The notes below the pieces were generated by a model. That model was not told where the DNA came from and made no database searches. It saw nothing but the letters and a program-made list of their open reading frames with translations. Positions 61,632-64,000 of a stretch of 64,000 nt of DNA are shown in pieces (the first letter of the stretch is position 1; the number at the start of each line of letters is the position of its first letter). A program made the translations under genes and the position numbers. The DNA is from Mytilus trossulus (Eukaryota), in contig NC_086380.1 of the NCBI RefSeq assembly GCF_036588685.1, positions 19,096,001-19,160,000 of the forward strand, in the 5' to 3' direction.

Positions 61632-63423
61632 CTTTTGTACTGAGCATGGTACGGTCTTCCATTCGTTCTTTTGTATAATAGTATATTTGGTGCATGAAGA
61701 TTTTATTAAATAAAAAGACTTGTTTTATTGAATTGTTCTTTACAGTTTTTATGAGCATGTATTTTGTAAGAATAGTATCTATATATTTTGATAACTTAAG
61801 CTGTATTTTATGCAAAGAAATACTGTGACAGCCTCCTTCAATGATTACTTGTGACAAACGGCGAACAACAAAGTCCTAGAAAACTATCATCTTCTGTCTA
61901 ATTCAATAATACTATAGAACTCAGATGCAATAAAATCTAAAGCAATAATTTGAAAATATATTGTGTCACTCATTTTCCATGGTTTTGTTTTCTGATAATA
62001 GACTATGTTTCATGCAGCTATATTTACAATTATTAATATTGTTTACACTCAATAACTTTTTCATCTTTCTTAAACATTAAAAGGTGTCTGTCTAAGTTTC
62101 ATATCATTCAATTAAGGTTTGGAAGATTAAAAAGGTTAGAGGTTCCTGACTTGAGACATGCACAAACATGCGGTTATGTTATACATGTTTTGTGTGGTCT
62201 CAATCGTTGTTCCCCTATAAATCTAGCCAATGTGGAATAAACAGACGTACAACAATGCGCACAGTAAACCTCAGTTTGAAAGTAAGAAAAGGTACTAAGA
62301 GAAACTAATAAAAACGACAATGATCAACATAGATTAAAAAAGAACTACTAACAGTTATTGTGCTATGGTAAATTTTTATATCTTTGTCTTTCATGTTTGC
62401 TAATAAGTTTTGTCTAGAAGCATTTTGGATTTTCACTTTAATTTCTAACATTTGTACCTATATTGTTTGTTTTGTCCACACATCAGTATCAATATAATGG
62501 AATTTTATTCGACTGTCATAAAAGTGAGAGGTTAGGCTAAATATAAAGCCAGGTTTAATCCACCATTTTCTACTTAAGTCAGAAATATGACAGTTAATAT
62601 CTATTCTTTTAATGTGTTTGAGCTTTTAATTTTGCTATTTGAACAGGGACTTTTGATTTTGGATTGTCCACGGAGTCTGGTATTTTTGTTATTTTACTTT
62701 TTGCTTATTATCAGATATACCAGCTTTAGACCCCATGTGTGTCTTAAGTGTCTTGTGTGACGTATTAAATTTTCTGACGTCAGACACTCTAATCAATGAA
62801 TGTGTTTGTAGATAGATGTTTTTGTGTTCTGTTAAATTGTTCCTTTTAAAATTGTTACACGAGGATGACTGCTGTACCCATATTTTGACTATTTTATTTA
62901 TTGTGTCTATTTAGATAACGCATCATCGTAAATATAACGGAATTTGATGAGACTGTTATCAAAGTGAGAGGGTTAGCGCTATACAACCAGGTTTAACCCA
63001 CCATTTTCTACATTTAAAAATGCCTGTACCAAGTCAGGAATATGTCATTATTTGTCCATTCGTTTTTGATGCGTTTTGTTATTTGATTTTGCCATGTGAT
63101 TATGGACTTTTCGAATTGATTTTTCTGTAAGTTCAGTATTTTTGTGATTTTACTTTTCATTCATTGAACATCTACACCGTTTACATTCTGTTTTTTTCTA
63201 ATGACGAAAGACGATATGGTTATTCTGTTGTTGTCCCTTTGGTCATATATCTCCTATTTTAAATATCAAGTAGCGCTTCGGACGCACTCAATGTATTAAG
63301 GGTGACGAAAGCATTTCATTTATTCATTAAGTAACACATTTTATCGTTCCTATCTTATATATTGAAAACTATGACAAACTCATAACTATAAAAGTATACA
63401 TCAGACTCGGACTTCTCTTGAAT

Positions 63424-63795
63424 TGAATTTTAAATATACGTATTGTTATGCGTTTACTTTTCTACATTGGCTAGAGGTATAGGGGGAGGGTTGAGATCTC
63501 ATAAACATGTTTAACACCGCCGCATTTTTGCGCCTGTCCCAAGTGAGGAGCCTCTGGTCTTTGTTAGTCTTGTATTATTTAAATTTTAGTTTCTTGTGTA
63601 CTATTTGGAAATTAGTATGGCGTTCATTATCACTGAACTAGTATATATTTGTTTAGGGGCCATCTGAAGGACGCCTCCGGGTGCGGGAATTTCTCGTTAC
63701 ATTGAAGACCTGTTGGTGACCTTCTGCTGTTGTTTTTTCTATGGTCGGGTTGTTGTCTGTTTGATACATTCCCCATTTCCATTCTCAATTTTATT
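63424..63795 (+). repeat. Abundant interspersed repeat (copies at about 49130, 51300, 58885, 59590)
   Basis: AAACATGTTTAAC...CAGGAGCCTCTGG...CTGAAGGACGCCTCCGGGTGCGGG...CCCATTTCCATTCTCAATTT. Confidence 0.75.
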
Positions 63796-64000
63796 TGTAA
63801 AATAATATCATGAATAAGGGTGCATCTATTTTCCATATAGTCGGCAATATTTCTCATGCTCTTATGATGTTTTTTTTTGTCGTTTCATTTTTGATGTAAG
63901 TCAGTATTTATGCATCCCACTATCGGGTTTTGACATTGGACCTGTCTGGTAGAGGTGGTTTCCAGAGTGCAAACACGAAGGAAAAAAGTGTCTATAGTGT

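Larger units (their letters stand above)
57960..63390 (+). repeat. Segmental duplicate of about 47985-51260 (GST intron 2 to 3' flank), with extra insertions
   Basis: Collinear homology from CAGCTCTATTGGCAT through to ACTATAAAA. Confidence 0.9.

Overview
AT-rich eukaryotic genomic DNA with spliceosomal introns. The gene content and repeat families suggest a bivalve mollusc, most likely a Mytilus mussel (inference). Spliced genes reconstructed by hand: (1) GOSR1/GS28 Golgi SNARE, minus strand, 8 coding exons, 9510-23842, 241 aa, with a U12-type last intron; two of its exon/donor junctions are amplified into tandem arrays (28 x 98 bp and 4 x 89 bp). (2) VKORC1-like, minus strand, 3 exons, 176 aa. 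(3) A theta-class GST, plus strand, 4 exons, 232 aa, head-to-head with VKORC1; its exons 3-4 are duplicated about 10 kb downstream. (4) Between the two GST copies, a 4-exon gene invisible to the ORF track, encoding a secreted 75-aa cationic 10-cysteine defensin-like peptide. Mobile DNA: the 5' part of a decayed BEL/Pao LTR element; an intact two-ORF LINE (RTE-X-like) flanked by a 312-bp direct repeat; a Sola3-like transposase remnant; a tiny TRIM whose identical LTRs each contain a tRNA-like sequence; tRNA-SINEs; Penelope-like fragments; Helentron/HINE-like repeats; and many MITEs (piggyBac-, Kolobok- and hAT-like).
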